DNA of 64,000 bases from Bryobacterales bacterium. GTDB lineage: Bacteria > Acidobacteriota > Terriglobia > Bryobacterales > UBA6623. The position numbers and the translations under genes are program-made. Numbering within the stretch: the first letter of the stretch is position 1; each line of letters starts with the position of its first letter. Below, in pieces: positions 39,117 to 49,632 of this stretch. The stretch covers positions 2,038,515 through 2,102,514 of the forward strand of contig CBDDCL010000015.1 of NCBI GenBank assembly GCA_965226245.1. Reading direction: 5' to 3'. A model generated the notes under the pieces. The model ran no database searches. It was not told the DNA's origin and was given only the letters and a program-made list of their open reading frames with translations.

Positions 39117-40410
39117 CCCGGACTTCCGTGGACGGCTGCACCGAACTCTGAACCGCCTGAACTGAGGTGCTTGAACCGCTCGCAATGGCGTCACCAAGCG
39201 AACTTTCGGATGCCGGCCTCGAATCGGCGGGGCGCCCGGCACGGGGCGGCAGTCCGTTACCGGCAATGTCATCTGACGCCCGTTGGCCGCTAAATCCGGC
39301 GGGAGGGATGAGTCCAATATTGAAGTTCGGCGGGGGAGTCCCCGGCTCGCCTTCGCCGAAACGATGCCCCTGGGCCGCTCCGATAGCGCGATATCGTTCT
39401 TTGAGACGGTCGGCGTCGGTCATTGGCGCCGGCCGTTTCCTGCGCGGCCCTTCTCTCGCCGCCGCCGGGCTTTCCTCGCGCGACGGTTCGAAGTCGTTCC
39501 CGCGGAATTCACCTGAGCCCGCCTCGTCCCAGCTGGGCGGAGGAACAGGCATCAGATATTCGGGTGGCTGCGGCCGGGGATTCTCTGGAATTTCTTCGTG
39601 AATGCCGGCTGTTAAGATCAGCACTTCGTCGAGACGATCAAGAGCGGCGAACGGCCGCACGTAGATCTGCTGGAATTCGGTTCCCTCCTCCAGCCTCGTC
39701 ACTTCGCCCACTGCCAGTCCCTTGGGGTATATGCGGTCATCTCCGGAGGTGAAAACCTTCTCGCCGACCTCGATGGCGATCTCGTCGCCGATGTAGTCGA
39801 TACGGCATTCAAGCGAGCCCGTTCCCTTCATCACGCCGTGGGCCCGTGAACCCTCAAGCACGATTCCGACTCCGGCGTCCGCGTCGGTAATCAGTCGAAC
39901 TAGCGAGGCCCCGCCATAGGCGGCCTGCACGTTACCCGCGATGCCGTCGGGCGTTATGACCGGCATACCCGACTTCACACCGTGCCTTGACCCCTTGTCG
40001 AGAAAGATCTCCTTTGAGTTTGGATTCGATCCTCGTCCAATCGCTTCCGCCAGGATGCTTTCCGAAAGAATCTGCTTCTGAAACTCCGCGAGCTCGGCTT
40101 CCCGCCCGAGCCGCGTCAGCGCGCGGCGAAACTCCTGGTTTTCCAGCTTGAGCCGGCTGACTTGTTCGCGAAGCTGCCGGTTCTGCTCGCTCGTGCCCAC
40201 GAGCCAGACATATTGCTGCCAGGTAGCGGTGACAAACGAAGAAACAGCGTTCAGTGCTATCTCAATTGGAGTAATGGCGGCGACTGTCCAGACACGCAAG
40301 ATCCGAACATCGTCGTTTCTCTTTACTTGATAGCCAAGCAGAATAAATTGAAGAAACAGGACCGCGACAAGCACGGATACATTGCGATACCGGGCGAAGA
40401 ATTCAAGCAC
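39088..40410 (-). CDS. mreC: rod shape-determining protein MreC with long Pro/Gly-rich C-terminal extension
   Basis: N-terminal TM helix, coiled coil (QNRQLREQVSRLKLENQE) and beta-barrel core. About 150 extra C-terminal residues. Confidence 0.85.
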   Translation of the reverse strand: MLEFFARYRNVSVLVAVLFLQFILLGYQVKRNDDVRILRVWTVAAITPIEIALNAVSSFVTATWQQYVWLVGTSEQNRQLREQVSRLKLENQEFRRALTRLGREAELAEFQKQILSESILAEAIGRGSNPNSKEIFLDKGSRHGVKSGMPVITPDGIAGNVQAAYGGASLVRLITDADAGVGIVLEGSRAHGVMKGTGSLECRIDYIGDEIAIEVGEKVFTSGDDRIYPKGLAVGEVTRLEEGTEFQQIYVRPFAALDRLDEVLILTAGIHEEIPENPRPQPPEYLMPVPPPSWDEAGSGEFRGNDFEPSREESPAAAREGPRRKRPAPMTDADRLKERYRAIGAAQGHRFGEGEPGTPPPNFNIGLIPPAGFSGQRASDDIAGNGLPPRAGRPADSRPASESSLGDAIASGSSTSVQAVQSSVQPSTEVRDVLPAAAPR

Positions 40411-40425
40411 AGTCGCCGCTCCCCT

Positions 40426-40478
40426 TGATCCGTAGCCGTATGATCCGTAGCCGTAGGGACAGGCACTCTTGCCTGTCC
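40426..40478. repeat. 15-bp tandem repeat x2 followed by a perfect 9-bp-stem hairpin in the mreB-mreC spacer
   Basis: TGATCCGTAGCCGTA x2 (40426-40455), then GGACAGGCA-CTCT-TGCCTGTCC (40457-40478). Confidence 0.8.
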
Positions 40479-40555
40479 AACTGACTCATCAGAACCGGCA
40501 GGCAACAACCAGCGGGCCGGGCTCTCCCGCCTTCCCAACAAACCTCAGCCGACAG

Positions 40556-41581
40556 CTATTCAATCGAAATACGGCGCAGCAACTTAAAGTCGTTGAGCAT
40601 GAGGCTGGTCCCGATCACCACCGAGGCCAGCGGGTCTTCCGCAATCGAGACCGGCAATCCGGTCTCTTCCCGAATCCGCAAGTCCAGGTTTCGTATCAAC
40701 CCGCCACCACCGGTGAGAACGATTCCCCGGTCACTGATATCCGCGCTTAATTCCGGCGGAGTCCTCTCGAGGGCGACGCGAATGGCGTTCATGATCGTAT
40801 TGATGCAATCCGAAAGCGCTTCTCGTATCTCGGTATCATTGACCGTGACAGTTCGCGGTACGCCTTCAATCAAGTTGCGGCCCTTGATTTCCATGGTGAG
40901 CGGTTTGTCGAGCTTATAGGCCGAGCCGATCTCAATCTTGACCCGCTCGGCGGTGCGCTCGCCGATCAGCAAGTTGTACTTCCTTTTCAAATAGTTGATG
41001 ATCGCCTCATCCATCTCATTGCCGGCAACCCGTACCGAACGCGAATAGACGATGCCCGACATCGAGATCACCGCGACGTCGGTCGTCCCCCCGCCAATGT
41101 CCACCACCATGTTGCCGCACGGTTCGGTGATCGGCAGCCCGGAGCCAATCGCCGCTACCATCGCCTGCTCCACCAAATGCACTTCGCTGGCATGCGCCCG
41201 ATAGGCGGAGTCTCGAACAGCCCGCTCTTCCACGGGCGTGATCTCGCTGGGAACACCGATCACAATTCGCGGATGAACCAGCATCTTGCGGTTGTGCGAC
41301 TTCTGAATAAAATAGGTCAGCATTTTCTCGGTGATCTTGAAGTCCGCGATCACGCCGTCTTTCATCGGACGAATGGCGACGATGTTGCCGGGCGTCCGCC
41401 CGACCATTTCTTTGGCCTCTTTCCCGACGGCTTCCACTTCCCCGGTGCTTGTGTTGATGGCAACGATCGAGGGTTCGTTGACGACAATGCCCTTGCCCCG
41501 AACCGCCACGAGCGTGTTGGCTGTGCCCAGGTCAATCGCCAGATCTCTGGAGAAGAGGCTAAAAAGCGAGCGGAAATTCAT
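40556..41581 (-). CDS. mreB: rod shape-determining protein MreB
   Basis: DLGTANTLV, actin-fold phosphate motifs, DIGGGTTD. Confidence 0.95.
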   Translation of the reverse strand: MNFRSLFSLFSRDLAIDLGTANTLVAVRGKGIVVNEPSIVAINTSTGEVEAVGKEAKEMVGRTPGNIVAIRPMKDGVIADFKITEKMLTYFIQKSHNRKMLVHPRIVIGVPSEITPVEERAVRDSAYRAHASEVHLVEQAMVAAIGSGLPITEPCGNMVVDIGGGTTDVAVISMSGIVYSRSVRVAGNEMDEAIINYLKRKYNLLIGERTAERVKIEIGSAYKLDKPLTMEIKGRNLIEGVPRTVTVNDTEIREALSDCINTIMNAIRVALERTPPELSADISDRGIVLTGGGGLIRNLDLRIREETGLPVSIAEDPLASVVIGTSLMLNDFKLLRRISIE

Positions 41582-41906
41582 ACTTCAGAAACTGACTCCT
41601 AGACTCAGGGCAAGCTGAGTGTCCGTCGAGCTGGGCTTACCCGGCAGGAAGGTTCCCGGTAATGGTGGCTGTCTTGAGAAGGGCCGATGACTGATCCTGC
41701 CGTTTTCAAACTACCAGTCCAAGCCATTCATATGCAAGCGGTTAAGGTGTTGGGATCGTAAGACAAGGTTGTTTTGGCCGCAATCGCAACCGCCGCTTTC
41801 CGAAAAGCCTTCTTCCAGTCACTAGCCGCGGCAAGCCAGCCTGCCCCTGTGCACAACCACTTACAGTAACGATATAATTTCTCCAGGCTTACCCAGCCTC
41901 TAGAGT

Positions 41907-41987
41907 ATGATCGGCCAGACCATTAGCCACTACCACATCACCGAAAAACTCGGCGAAGGCCGGATCGGTGTACGAGATGGATTCTAG
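41907..41987 (+). pseudogene. remnant of a Ser/Thr protein kinase gene (first ~18 codons only)
   Basis: MIGQTISHYHITEKLGEG matches the stereotyped N-terminus and the start of the glycine loop of Acidobacteria-type kinases. It then diverges and stops, overlapping the dnaJ stop. Confidence 0.5.
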
Positions 41988-43093
41988 TTCGTGAAGTAGT
42001 TCTTCACCTTCTCGAAGATGCCCTTTTCGGTCGGGGTATTGTCGGCGGGCAATTCGTCCAAGAGCTGCTCGAAGAGCTGCCTTTGCGGCTTGGTCATCTT
42101 GGCGGGCACAACCACTTTGATGTGGATCACCAGGTCGCCGCGTCGCCCGTCGCGGACTCCGGCGACTCCTTTGTGCCGCATGCGATAGGTGTTGCCACTC
42201 TGCGCGCCGGGCGGAATCCGCAGAACCTCGGCGCCCTCCAGGGCGGGGACCTCGATCTCCGCCCCCAAGGCGGCTTGCGCAACGTTGATCGGCACCTCGC
42301 AGTGCAAATCACTGTCCGCGCGCTCAAAAATGGGGTGTTCGCGAACGCTCAGCAGAACATAGAGGTCGCCCGGAGGCCCGCCCAACGCACCGCCTTCTCC
42401 TTCACCGCTGAGCCGCAAGCGCGTGCCGGTGTCAACTCCAGGCGGGATGTTGATCTTCAGCTTGCGCTGCTTGCGTACCCGTCCTTCTCCCCGGCAGGTG
42501 GTGCAATGCTTTTCGACAATGCGGCCCGCTCCACGACACGAAGAGCAGGGGCGGCTAACAGAAAAGAACCCCTGTTGGTATTGAACTTGTCCCCGGCCCG
42601 AGCAGGTAGGGCAGGTTCTGGGAGAGGTGCCGCGTTCCGCTCCGCTGCCGTGGCAATCGCTGCAAGCCTCCGTGCGCGGAAAGCGGATCTCGGTATTCAT
42701 TCCGAATACCGCATCCTCAAAATCCACCTCCAGGTCATATTGCAAGTCGGTTCCGCGGCGAGCCTGCGAGCGGCGTTGTCCGCCTCCGAAAAGATCGCCG
42801 AACCCAAAAAAGTCGCCGAAGATATCGGCGAAGTCGCTGAAGTCCGCGGGATTGAAGCCGCCCGCGCCCGCGACGCCTTGGTGGCCAAAGCGGTCGTAGC
42901 GGTTGCGCTTTTCGGCGTCGCTGAGGACGCTGTAAGCTTCCGATGCCTCTTTGAACTTCTCCTCGGCTTCCGAATTGTTAGGATTGCGGTCGGGGTGGTA
43001 CTTCAGCGCCATTTTGCGATAGGCGCTCTTGATCGCCTGGTCGGCGGCGTCGCGCCCCACGCCTAAGACTTCGTAATAATCTCGTTTTTCCAC
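41984..43093 (-). CDS. dnaJ: molecular chaperone DnaJ
   Basis: J domain ([10 protein letters not shown]...HPD), G/F region, and four CxxCxGxG repeats. Confidence 0.95.
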   Translation of the reverse strand: MEKRDYYEVLGVGRDAADQAIKSAYRKMALKYHPDRNPNNSEAEEKFKEASEAYSVLSDAEKRNRYDRFGHQGVAGAGGFNPADFSDFADIFGDFFGFGDLFGGGQRRSQARRGTDLQYDLEVDFEDAVFGMNTEIRFPRTEACSDCHGSGAERGTSPRTCPTCSGRGQVQYQQGFFSVSRPCSSCRGAGRIVEKHCTTCRGEGRVRKQRKLKINIPPGVDTGTRLRLSGEGEGGALGGPPGDLYVLLSVREHPIFERADSDLHCEVPINVAQAALGAEIEVPALEGAEVLRIPPGAQSGNTYRMRHKGVAGVRDGRRGDLVIHIKVVVPAKMTKPQRQLFEQLLDELPADNTPTEKGIFEKVKNYFTN

Positions 43094-43184
43094 GGTGAAC
43101 AGCTTTTTGCGTTGACGCCCTCAGGCTAACCAGACATTTGGCAACTGAAACAACCGGGCCGAAGCAGCCGACGAGAGGCCTGCG

Positions 43185-43880
43185 CTACTCCTTCACTGCC
43201 ACTTTCACGATGGACGCCCTCAGAAGTCTGTCCTTGAAGAGATACCCGGGCTGATAGACTTCCAGAATTTTCTGGTCCTGTTCGTCGTTTTCAGCGGGCG
43301 CCTTGTCCACCGCATGGTGAAGATACGGGTTGAACTTACCGTCCCTCGCTTCGATCGGCTTTAGGCCGGCGCGGCTAAACACCTCGAAGATCCTCTTATT
43401 AATCAGCTCTAATCCTTCACGGAATTTCGGGTCCAATCCCGGGCTGTCCAAAGCACGCTGGAAGTCATCGACGATCGGCAACAACGACTCAATCACACCC
43501 ATGGCGGCATACTCTTGGGCATCCCCTTTTTCGCGCTGCAGCCGCTTCCGAACGTTCTCAAAATCTGCTTGCGCCCGCTGAAATCGCTCGATTTGTTCCT
43601 CGATTTCCTTCCGCAAGCGGTCGCGTTCCTCGCCAAGAGACTCTTCCGCCGGTTTGTCATCAGGCTGGTCTGAATCTTCCGCGGACGCAGCCTGAGCCGC
43701 CTGGGCATCACCATTGGCTTGCGGTTCATCAGTTTCACCGGGCTGTGGAGCTTCCCCGGACACGCCCGATTCCGTTCCGTTTGGAGAAATGACTTCGTTC
43801 CCCGAAGCTAGGTCATCGTTTCGCCCTGCTGCTTCAGCGGCAGCAGGGGTTACCTTCACCTGTCTGGCCTTCTTGGACAT
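43185..43880 (-). CDS. grpE: nucleotide exchange factor GrpE
   Basis: Acidic N-terminus. RAQADFENVRKR and GYLFKDRLLRASIVKV motifs. Confidence 0.9.
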   Translation of the reverse strand: MSKKARQVKVTPAAAEAAGRNDDLASGNEVISPNGTESGVSGEAPQPGETDEPQANGDAQAAQAASAEDSDQPDDKPAEESLGEERDRLRKEIEEQIERFQRAQADFENVRKRLQREKGDAQEYAAMGVIESLLPIVDDFQRALDSPGLDPKFREGLELINKRIFEVFSRAGLKPIEARDGKFNPYLHHAVDKAPAENDEQDQKILEVYQPGYLFKDRLLRASIVKVAVKE

Positions 43881-44036
43881 TCCTGCATTGCCTGCTAACT
43901 GACTGTGTTGAATTTACGGCGGATTACGAACTCGGTCCGAATGACCCTTCTCATGTTACCAGACGGCTCCGAGCAGCCCCGCTGCCACGAGGCCTGAAAC
44001 GCAGCGCACACGATGACAATCCAGTAGCAGCTGCAT

Positions 44037-44175
44037 CATGAAATTCGCGCCAAACGTGGCAGAAAATTCGGGAGCCAGACTCGGAGCCCCGACCGTGAGG
44101 GAGGGGTTAGCCGCTTCGACGCACCTCATCCGGCAGCGGCTGCGCTCCCCTCTTTGGTTGCGTCTCGTCCGCGTC
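44037..44175 (+). repeat. dispersed hairpin repeat, copy B
   Basis: Same 5' module (CATGAAATTCGCGCCAAACGTGGCAGAAAATTCGGGAGCC) and core as copies A and C. Confidence 0.85.
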
Positions 44176-44271
44176 AGCTATACGGGAAGCCGCGCGCGGT
44201 TGTCGCACACCTGAAAGCGCCGGCCCTGTCGAGGAGAAACCCGCTTCGCTGGGCGCCAAGCGGCCAGGACG

Positions 44272-44709
44272 TCAACCAGCTCGAATGCGCGCTGAAAACG
44301 CATCGTAGGAACCCGGGGCGCGTTCGTTCATCCATTCGCTATACGATTTGGCAACCTTCTCGAGGTTCTCGAACACCGTGGGGTCGGCTCTGCTTTCGCG
44401 GTAGGCCGGCAGCAGGTCGCGCAACCGCTCCCAGACCACCAGTAACTCCCTGCCGCTCTGGAAAAAGAGTTCCTGGTGCAGCACATCAGTCGTAATGAAG
44501 GAGGCCGCCATGTCCCAATACGTGACAACCATCCGGAACGAAGCGTTCTCTTCGGAACCGGACGGACAGATCCGGTTTAACTCTTCCAGGCTCTTGGCGT
44601 GGAAGTTAGCGACGAACCAGTCTCGAGCCTTGCGCATCCTTTCCTCTCGGCGAAGATCATAAAGACGCAGCAGCAGGTTGACGTCATCGTAAGTCGCGCA
44701 ATTTGTCAT
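44272..44709 (-). CDS. hypothetical protein
   Basis: 145-aa ORF with balanced composition. No motif recognised. Confidence 0.5.
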   Translation of the reverse strand: MTNCATYDDVNLLLRLYDLRREERMRKARDWFVANFHAKSLEELNRICPSGSEENASFRMVVTYWDMAASFITTDVLHQELFFQSGRELLVVWERLRDLLPAYRESRADPTVFENLEKVAKSYSEWMNERAPGSYDAFSARIRAG

Positions 44710-44853
44710 AGTTTGTTCCTGTTCTGATTTTCAAGCTTGCCCCGGGGCAGGCCGCAAGCAGCTTTCTACAGCGGATCGACCGGACGAAGTACTAACTGTT
44801 ATACTCGATTCGCCGGCTGGACGCCAGTGTCAGATGTCGCCGGCGTCACCGCC

Positions 44854-45159
44854 ATGGCTGAACAAGAAACCGCCACCAAGACCGAAGAAGCCCCGGTCGA
44901 AGAAACGCCGGACCCTAATCTGATAACGACGCTTCAGGACGGGACCAAGCTGAAACAGCGCGTACCCCGTCAGCGCGCCTGCAACGAACCCGGAAAGAAC
45001 AACAACATCTGCCGCGGTCACTTGAAGCGCTGGTATGAGTATGGCGATGACGTTCGCGCCCGAGCCGAAGCGGGCGAGGTCTATCGTTGTGAGCGCTGCC
45101 AGACGCTCTACCTGCCAAGCGACCAAGAAGAAGCCAGGACCGGAACCCTTTCCTATTGA
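44854..45159 (+). CDS. hypothetical small Cys-rich (zinc-ribbon-like) protein
   Basis: 101 aa with C-x9-C...C-x2-C spacing. ATG at 44854. Confidence 0.4.
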   Translation: MAEQETATKTEEAPVEETPDPNLITTLQDGTKLKQRVPRQRACNEPGKNNNICRGHLKRWYEYGDDVRARAEAGEVYRCERCQTLYLPSDQEEARTGTLSY

Positions 45160-45830
45160 GAGCCGGTCCGGTGTGCGGCGGGTAGGAGGTCAAGGTCGGA
45201 ACCGCACACCGGGCAGGTCAAGCGCCAGGGACTGCGCCAAGGGGCGTATGTCCGCGACTGCGAATGGAGAGTGCCCGCTCATACTTCCCGGCCTCGTCCG
45301 CGTCTGGAAATAGGCCGAAAAGCCACCCGCAGCCTCCGGACACCGCACCCCCAAGGAGGGAGTGAACCCAAATCATCCCTCCACTGAACCCGGCTTTGCC
45401 AGAGCTACGCCTTACCGTCCGGAAACCCATTGCTCCTGCATCTAGCATTTGAGTCGCCTTCGCTCCACCGCCGCCGAATTCAGCAGAGGTTCGGTTTGAA
45501 GAGGCTGAAGAGGTGTCGTATCTCACCGCTTCGCCTATCTGGATTGCATTCAGTCAGCCACGACCGGTTTTTCTATTCTTATTGAAATCAAACCAGTTAA
45601 AGGTGATTGGCCCGAAGGGTCCGTGTCGCCCCGCGGCGGCGGTGTGTCACCGCGACTCAGTAGCGGCCGGCTTTCCACCCCGTCCAACCCAGTCGCGGCC
45701 CGATCGGGCCGGGTTATTCTCCCGGATATTCTGCCAGCGGGCTATTCCGCGAAAGCAGTCGGCTGCTCGCTCGGTGCAAATGTCATAGGCTATTAGTTAA
45801 CGCTGCTGCTTTAGCCCCAGTAGATATTCG

Positions 45831-47130
45831 ATGACGCCCCCGGAAACAGATCGTCGTCTGACCCGCCTCGAAGAAGAAAACAGACGCCTGCGCCGCGCTG
45901 TCGACGAACTGTCCATCATCAACGAAGTCGCTTCCGCCGTCACCTCGACCTGGTCGCTGGATGAAATCGTCAACTCCATCGTGCAGAAATGCGTGAAGCA
46001 TTTGAACGTTGAGCAGGGCGCCGTGCTGCTGTTTGACAAACAGGAGGACTCGGCGGAGCTAAAGACGATGGTCCGTCGCGTGGACTCCAGCGTCGGGGCA
46101 ATCCCCTATCGGCTGGGAGACCAGTTGGGCGGCTGGATGTTGAAGAACCAAGCGCCTCTTCTCATCGACGATCTGGCCGCCGACGAGCGCTTCCGCATCA
46201 ATGAGGAAGTGGATAGCGCCATCCGCTCCCTCATGTGTGTTCCTGAGGCTGAAGAACCGCATGATTGGTGTTCTGATCGTCTTTAACAAGCGATCACGAG
46301 AGGCTTTCACCGAAAGCAATCAGCGCCTGCTCACGATCATTGCCGCCCAGTCCGCGCAGGTGATCGAAAACGCCCGTCTTTACGAAGAAGAGAAAGCGCT
46401 GCAGCGCATGCAGCAAGAGATGGAGATGGCGCGCAGCATTCAGGCCAACCTGCTGCCCAAGGCGCAGCCGTCGATTCCCGGCTATGACATTGCGGGGATG
46501 TCAGTTTCGGCCGCCAACGTCGGCGGCGACTACTTTGACTTCTTGCCATCCGGGGACCGGCTGATTCTCTGCCTGGGAGATGTTTCCGGCAAGGGCATGC
46601 CTGCTTCCCTGCTGATGGCGAATGTGCAGGCAACCATTCGCGGCCAAAATCTGGTCAGCTCATCGGCCGCCGAATCCATGAGCCGCTCCAATCGGCTGCT
46701 GTTTCAAAGCACGGACTCAGCGAAGTTCGTGACTTTCTTCTACGGCATCTTGGACATAGCTGGGAGAACACTCGATTATTCCAACGCCGGCCACAACCCG
46801 CCGATCCTGTTTTCAGACGGTCAAGAGGCCCAGCGTCTGGAAATCGGAGGGCCCGTCCTCGGCGTACTCCCTGATTTTCCCTACCAGCAGGCTACAGTTG
46901 CGCTGAATCCTGGTGACTTGCTTCTGATTTTTTCCGACGGGTTCTCCGAGGCAATGAATCGCCGCCTCGAAGAATTCGGAGAAGACCAGCTCGTAACACT
47001 TGCCGCCCGCAATCGCGGCGATGCGGCGGCGGACCTGATCGAGAAAATCTCCCAGGCCGTGGTCGCTCACACAGGGGATGAGCCTCAAACCGATGACATG
47101 ACGATCATCGCTGTCCGAGTGGACGCCTGA
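45831..47130 (+). pseudogene. GAF domain - PP2C/SpoIIE-type phosphatase (RsbU-like), frameshifted
   Basis: ORFs 45831..46286 and 46201..47130 are consecutive parts of one protein (..IRSLMCV | LRLKNRMIGVLIVFNKR..). The frame changes at ~46242. The PP2C part has GGDYFDF and GDVSGKG. Confidence 0.8.
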
Positions 47131-47135
47131 GGGTG

Positions 47136-47260
47136 CATGAAAATTCGCGCCAAACGTGGCAGAAAATTCGAGAGCCGCTCGGAGCCCCGACCGTGAGGGA
47201 GGGGTTAGCCGCTACGACGCGCCTCATCCCGCTCCCCTCTTTGGTTGCGGCTCGTCCGCG
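47136..47260 (+). repeat. dispersed hairpin repeat, copy C (loop shortened)
   Basis: Same modules as copies A and B. Confidence 0.85.
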
Positions 47261-47266
47261 GAGGGG

Positions 47267-48208
47267 ATGCAACAACCCTTGGCGTCCTCGCGTCTAACGA
47301 AGGAACAACATGCTGAAGGTTCCGGAGGAATCCTTTTGACCCGATCGATCAGGCAGCGGCGCTTTTGGCTGTCAGGCAGCGTCCAATCGTCCCTTACGCC
47401 ATGGATCGCCGCGGCTGGGGTCCTATCCGTTCTCGTTTTCATGGCTCCGGAAAACTTGGCGGCCCAAAGCCGTCAGGAGAAAGCACGCCAGTTGCTGGAC
47501 CAATGCCTGGAAGCAGTCGGGGGAGAGGCCTTTCTCAAAATCAAGACGTTGAAGCAAACCGGACGAGCCTACTCTTTCTACCGGAAAAGCCTGCGGGGGC
47601 TCGCCGTAATCACCATCTTCAACGAATACGGTCCGCTCGAGGAAAATGAGGACCCCGAGTGGCTGCCCGTCAGCCGCCGTGAAATCTATACGCAAAAGGG
47701 CGACTACTACACCCTGTTTCGGAACGGAAAAGGGTGGGAGATCACCTACCTTGGCGCGCGGCCCCTGCCGGAAGACACGCTTCAGCGATATCGTATCTCT
47801 ACCCGCCGCGACATCTTTCACATCTTGCGATACAGGCTCGACGAGCCTGGCATGTATTTTTACTACTCCGGCACCGAGATTGTCAGCAATGTTCCAACCC
47901 ATGCCGTCGAGATCACCGACAGCGAGAACGAGACAGTTACGGTCTATCTGAGAATGTCAGACAATTTGCCTGTCCAGCAGGTCTACCTCCGGCGCGACCC
48001 CAAGACGCGCATCCCCTACGAAGAGAAGTCAATCTACTCGAAGTACCGAAAAGTCGGGGCCCTGACGATACCGTGGAACGTTCAACATGTACGCGACGAA
48101 GAAAGAATCTTCGAGTTGTTCGGCCGCACGGCCGAGATCAACGGCAAAGTGCCCGGGGATACTTTTCGGCTCAAGAACGGCATGAAGGTTCTCCCGCCGG
48201 ACTACTAG
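47267..48208 (+). CDS. hypothetical secreted protein
   Basis: Hydrophobic signal-like segment followed by a soluble domain. The start is placed after the repeat, at ATG 47267. Confidence 0.5.
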   Translation: MQQPLASSRLTKEQHAEGSGGILLTRSIRQRRFWLSGSVQSSLTPWIAAAGVLSVLVFMAPENLAAQSRQEKARQLLDQCLEAVGGEAFLKIKTLKQTGRAYSFYRKSLRGLAVITIFNEYGPLEENEDPEWLPVSRREIYTQKGDYYTLFRNGKGWEITYLGARPLPEDTLQRYRISTRRDIFHILRYRLDEPGMYFYYSGTEIVSNVPTHAVEITDSENETVTVYLRMSDNLPVQQVYLRRDPKTRIPYEEKSIYSKYRKVGALTIPWNVQHVRDEERIFELFGRTAEINGKVPGDTFRLKNGMKVLPPDY

Positions 48209-48343
48209 CGATAAGTGCTCCTGCCCACAACGAAGTCCCCGGATTCGGTTGCTTGTACTAAGCGAGCGGATTCATCACAATATTTCCAGCGACTCACGAA
48301 AGCCCTGTTTCCGCGCGGGCTTTTATTTGTCGGCCCTTAGCCC

Positions 48344-49525
48344 ATGGCGGGAACAAGATCGGAGTTCCGGTTTCGTCGCTGGGCCGGGAGAGTCACCTTC
48401 GTCGTTGGAGTCTCGCTGCTTTGCCTGCTGGCCGCCGAGGCGATTGCGAGATTGTCGGTCGATTCGATTCCGCGGCTCGATCTCGACATCTACCGCAAAA
48501 GCGGCGACGGACAGCTACTCCTGCGGCCCGCAGTCACGCGCCGCCATTCCACTCGCCACTGGGACGTTACCGTTTCAATCAATGAAGAAGGCTGGAGGGA
48601 TAGCCCCGGCCTTGGCTCGGCAGGGGACTCCGTCGTTCTCGGCCTGGGGGACTCTTTTGCCTTCGGCTGGGGCGTTGAGCTGGAAGACTCGATGCTCTTC
48701 TTGCTCGAACAGCAGCTAACCGGACGGCATCGGGTGCGTATCCTCAAAGCGGGGGTGCCGGGCACGGGGCCGGGTGATCAGTTGCGGCTGCTTCAAATCC
48801 TCGGACCGAAGTATCAACCTTCCGCCGTGGTTTTGATCTTCTTCGTCGGAAATGATTTCGTGGATGTTCAGATGGGCGGCGCACGCCAGTTTCAAGTGGA
48901 AAGCGGTCTGCTGGTTCGGCGCGATCTCTCACAGGAGACCGCCAACCCGCTCAGCACGCTGCGAACTGAAGCCGTTCGCAAGTCGCGTCTGCTGCAGCTT
49001 CTCATGGGCGTTTGGTGGCACTGGTCGCGTAGCGGCGATGCGAGTTCCCGCGAGGAAGACCGCGCTCCGCGACGGTGGGATGAATGGCTGCGGGAATTCG
49101 CTCAGATCCATCTGCGAGAGTATCCGCCAAGGACCACGGAGGCGGTGAAGCAAACTCTGGATCTGCTGACCGAAATGCAGCAGGCCTGCCGCGGCCGCTC
49201 AGCGGAGTTCTTGCTCGTTGTCGTTCCTCGAAGTTATCAGATTTACGAAAATGAAACGGAAGAGCTCAAAACTTCATTGGGGCTCAGCGCCGGTGACCTG
49301 AATGACGATCTGGATTTGGATAAACCTCAGCGCATTCTCAAGGAGTGGGCTGGGCGCTCCGGTGTTCCTGTCGCCGATTTACTGGACTCTTTTCGCGAGC
49401 ATCATCGAACTCACCCACGACAGCGGCTCTTCTACTACCCAGACGCTCACCTGAACCGTTTGGGACACCGTGTCGCGGCGGACGCGATCCAGCCCGCACT
49501 TTCCCAATTGCTTCAAAAGAGATGA
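48344..49525 (+). CDS. SGNH/GDSL hydrolase family protein with N-terminal membrane anchor
   Basis: VVLGLGDSFAFGWGV block I and a C-terminal DAHLN block V-like motif. Confidence 0.65.
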   Translation: MAGTRSEFRFRRWAGRVTFVVGVSLLCLLAAEAIARLSVDSIPRLDLDIYRKSGDGQLLLRPAVTRRHSTRHWDVTVSINEEGWRDSPGLGSAGDSVVLGLGDSFAFGWGVELEDSMLFLLEQQLTGRHRVRILKAGVPGTGPGDQLRLLQILGPKYQPSAVVLIFFVGNDFVDVQMGGARQFQVESGLLVRRDLSQETANPLSTLRTEAVRKSRLLQLLMGVWWHWSRSGDASSREEDRAPRRWDEWLREFAQIHLREYPPRTTEAVKQTLDLLTEMQQACRGRSAEFLLVVVPRSYQIYENETEELKTSLGLSAGDLNDDLDLDKPQRILKEWAGRSGVPVADLLDSFREHHRTHPRQRLFYYPDAHLNRLGHRVAADAIQPALSQLLQKR

Positions 49526-49632
49526 CACGAAAAAACGCCTCCCCTTGACGCGCTGGATGGCGTGCAAGTACTCTGAGGCACTGCCGCGGAGAGTTCGGCG
49601 CTCCCCACAATTCCGGGGTTGGAATCCTTTTC

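Noticed and set aside
39117-39317. Extended start of mreD (ORF 38538..39317)
   Set aside because: The extra 67 codons overlap the mreC 3' end and are Arg/Pro-rich. The hydrophobic MreD-like sequence begins only after ~39100.
40456-40495. Hammerhead-ribozyme-like CUGAUGAG followed by a perfect hairpin on the minus strand between mreB and mreC
   Set aside because: No GAAA / stem III / cleavage-site arrangement follows the hairpin. Only the heptamer matches.
45160-45830. Possible ncRNA or small gene in the 670-nt gap upstream of the GAF-PP2C gene (hairpin CCGGTGTGCGG..CCGCACACCGG at ~45168-45213)
   Set aside because: No known RNA motif (SRP, 6S, tmRNA, riboswitch cores) was recognised, and ORFs 45218..45526 and 45513..45788 have implausible composition. 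The region is left uncalled for lack of evidence.
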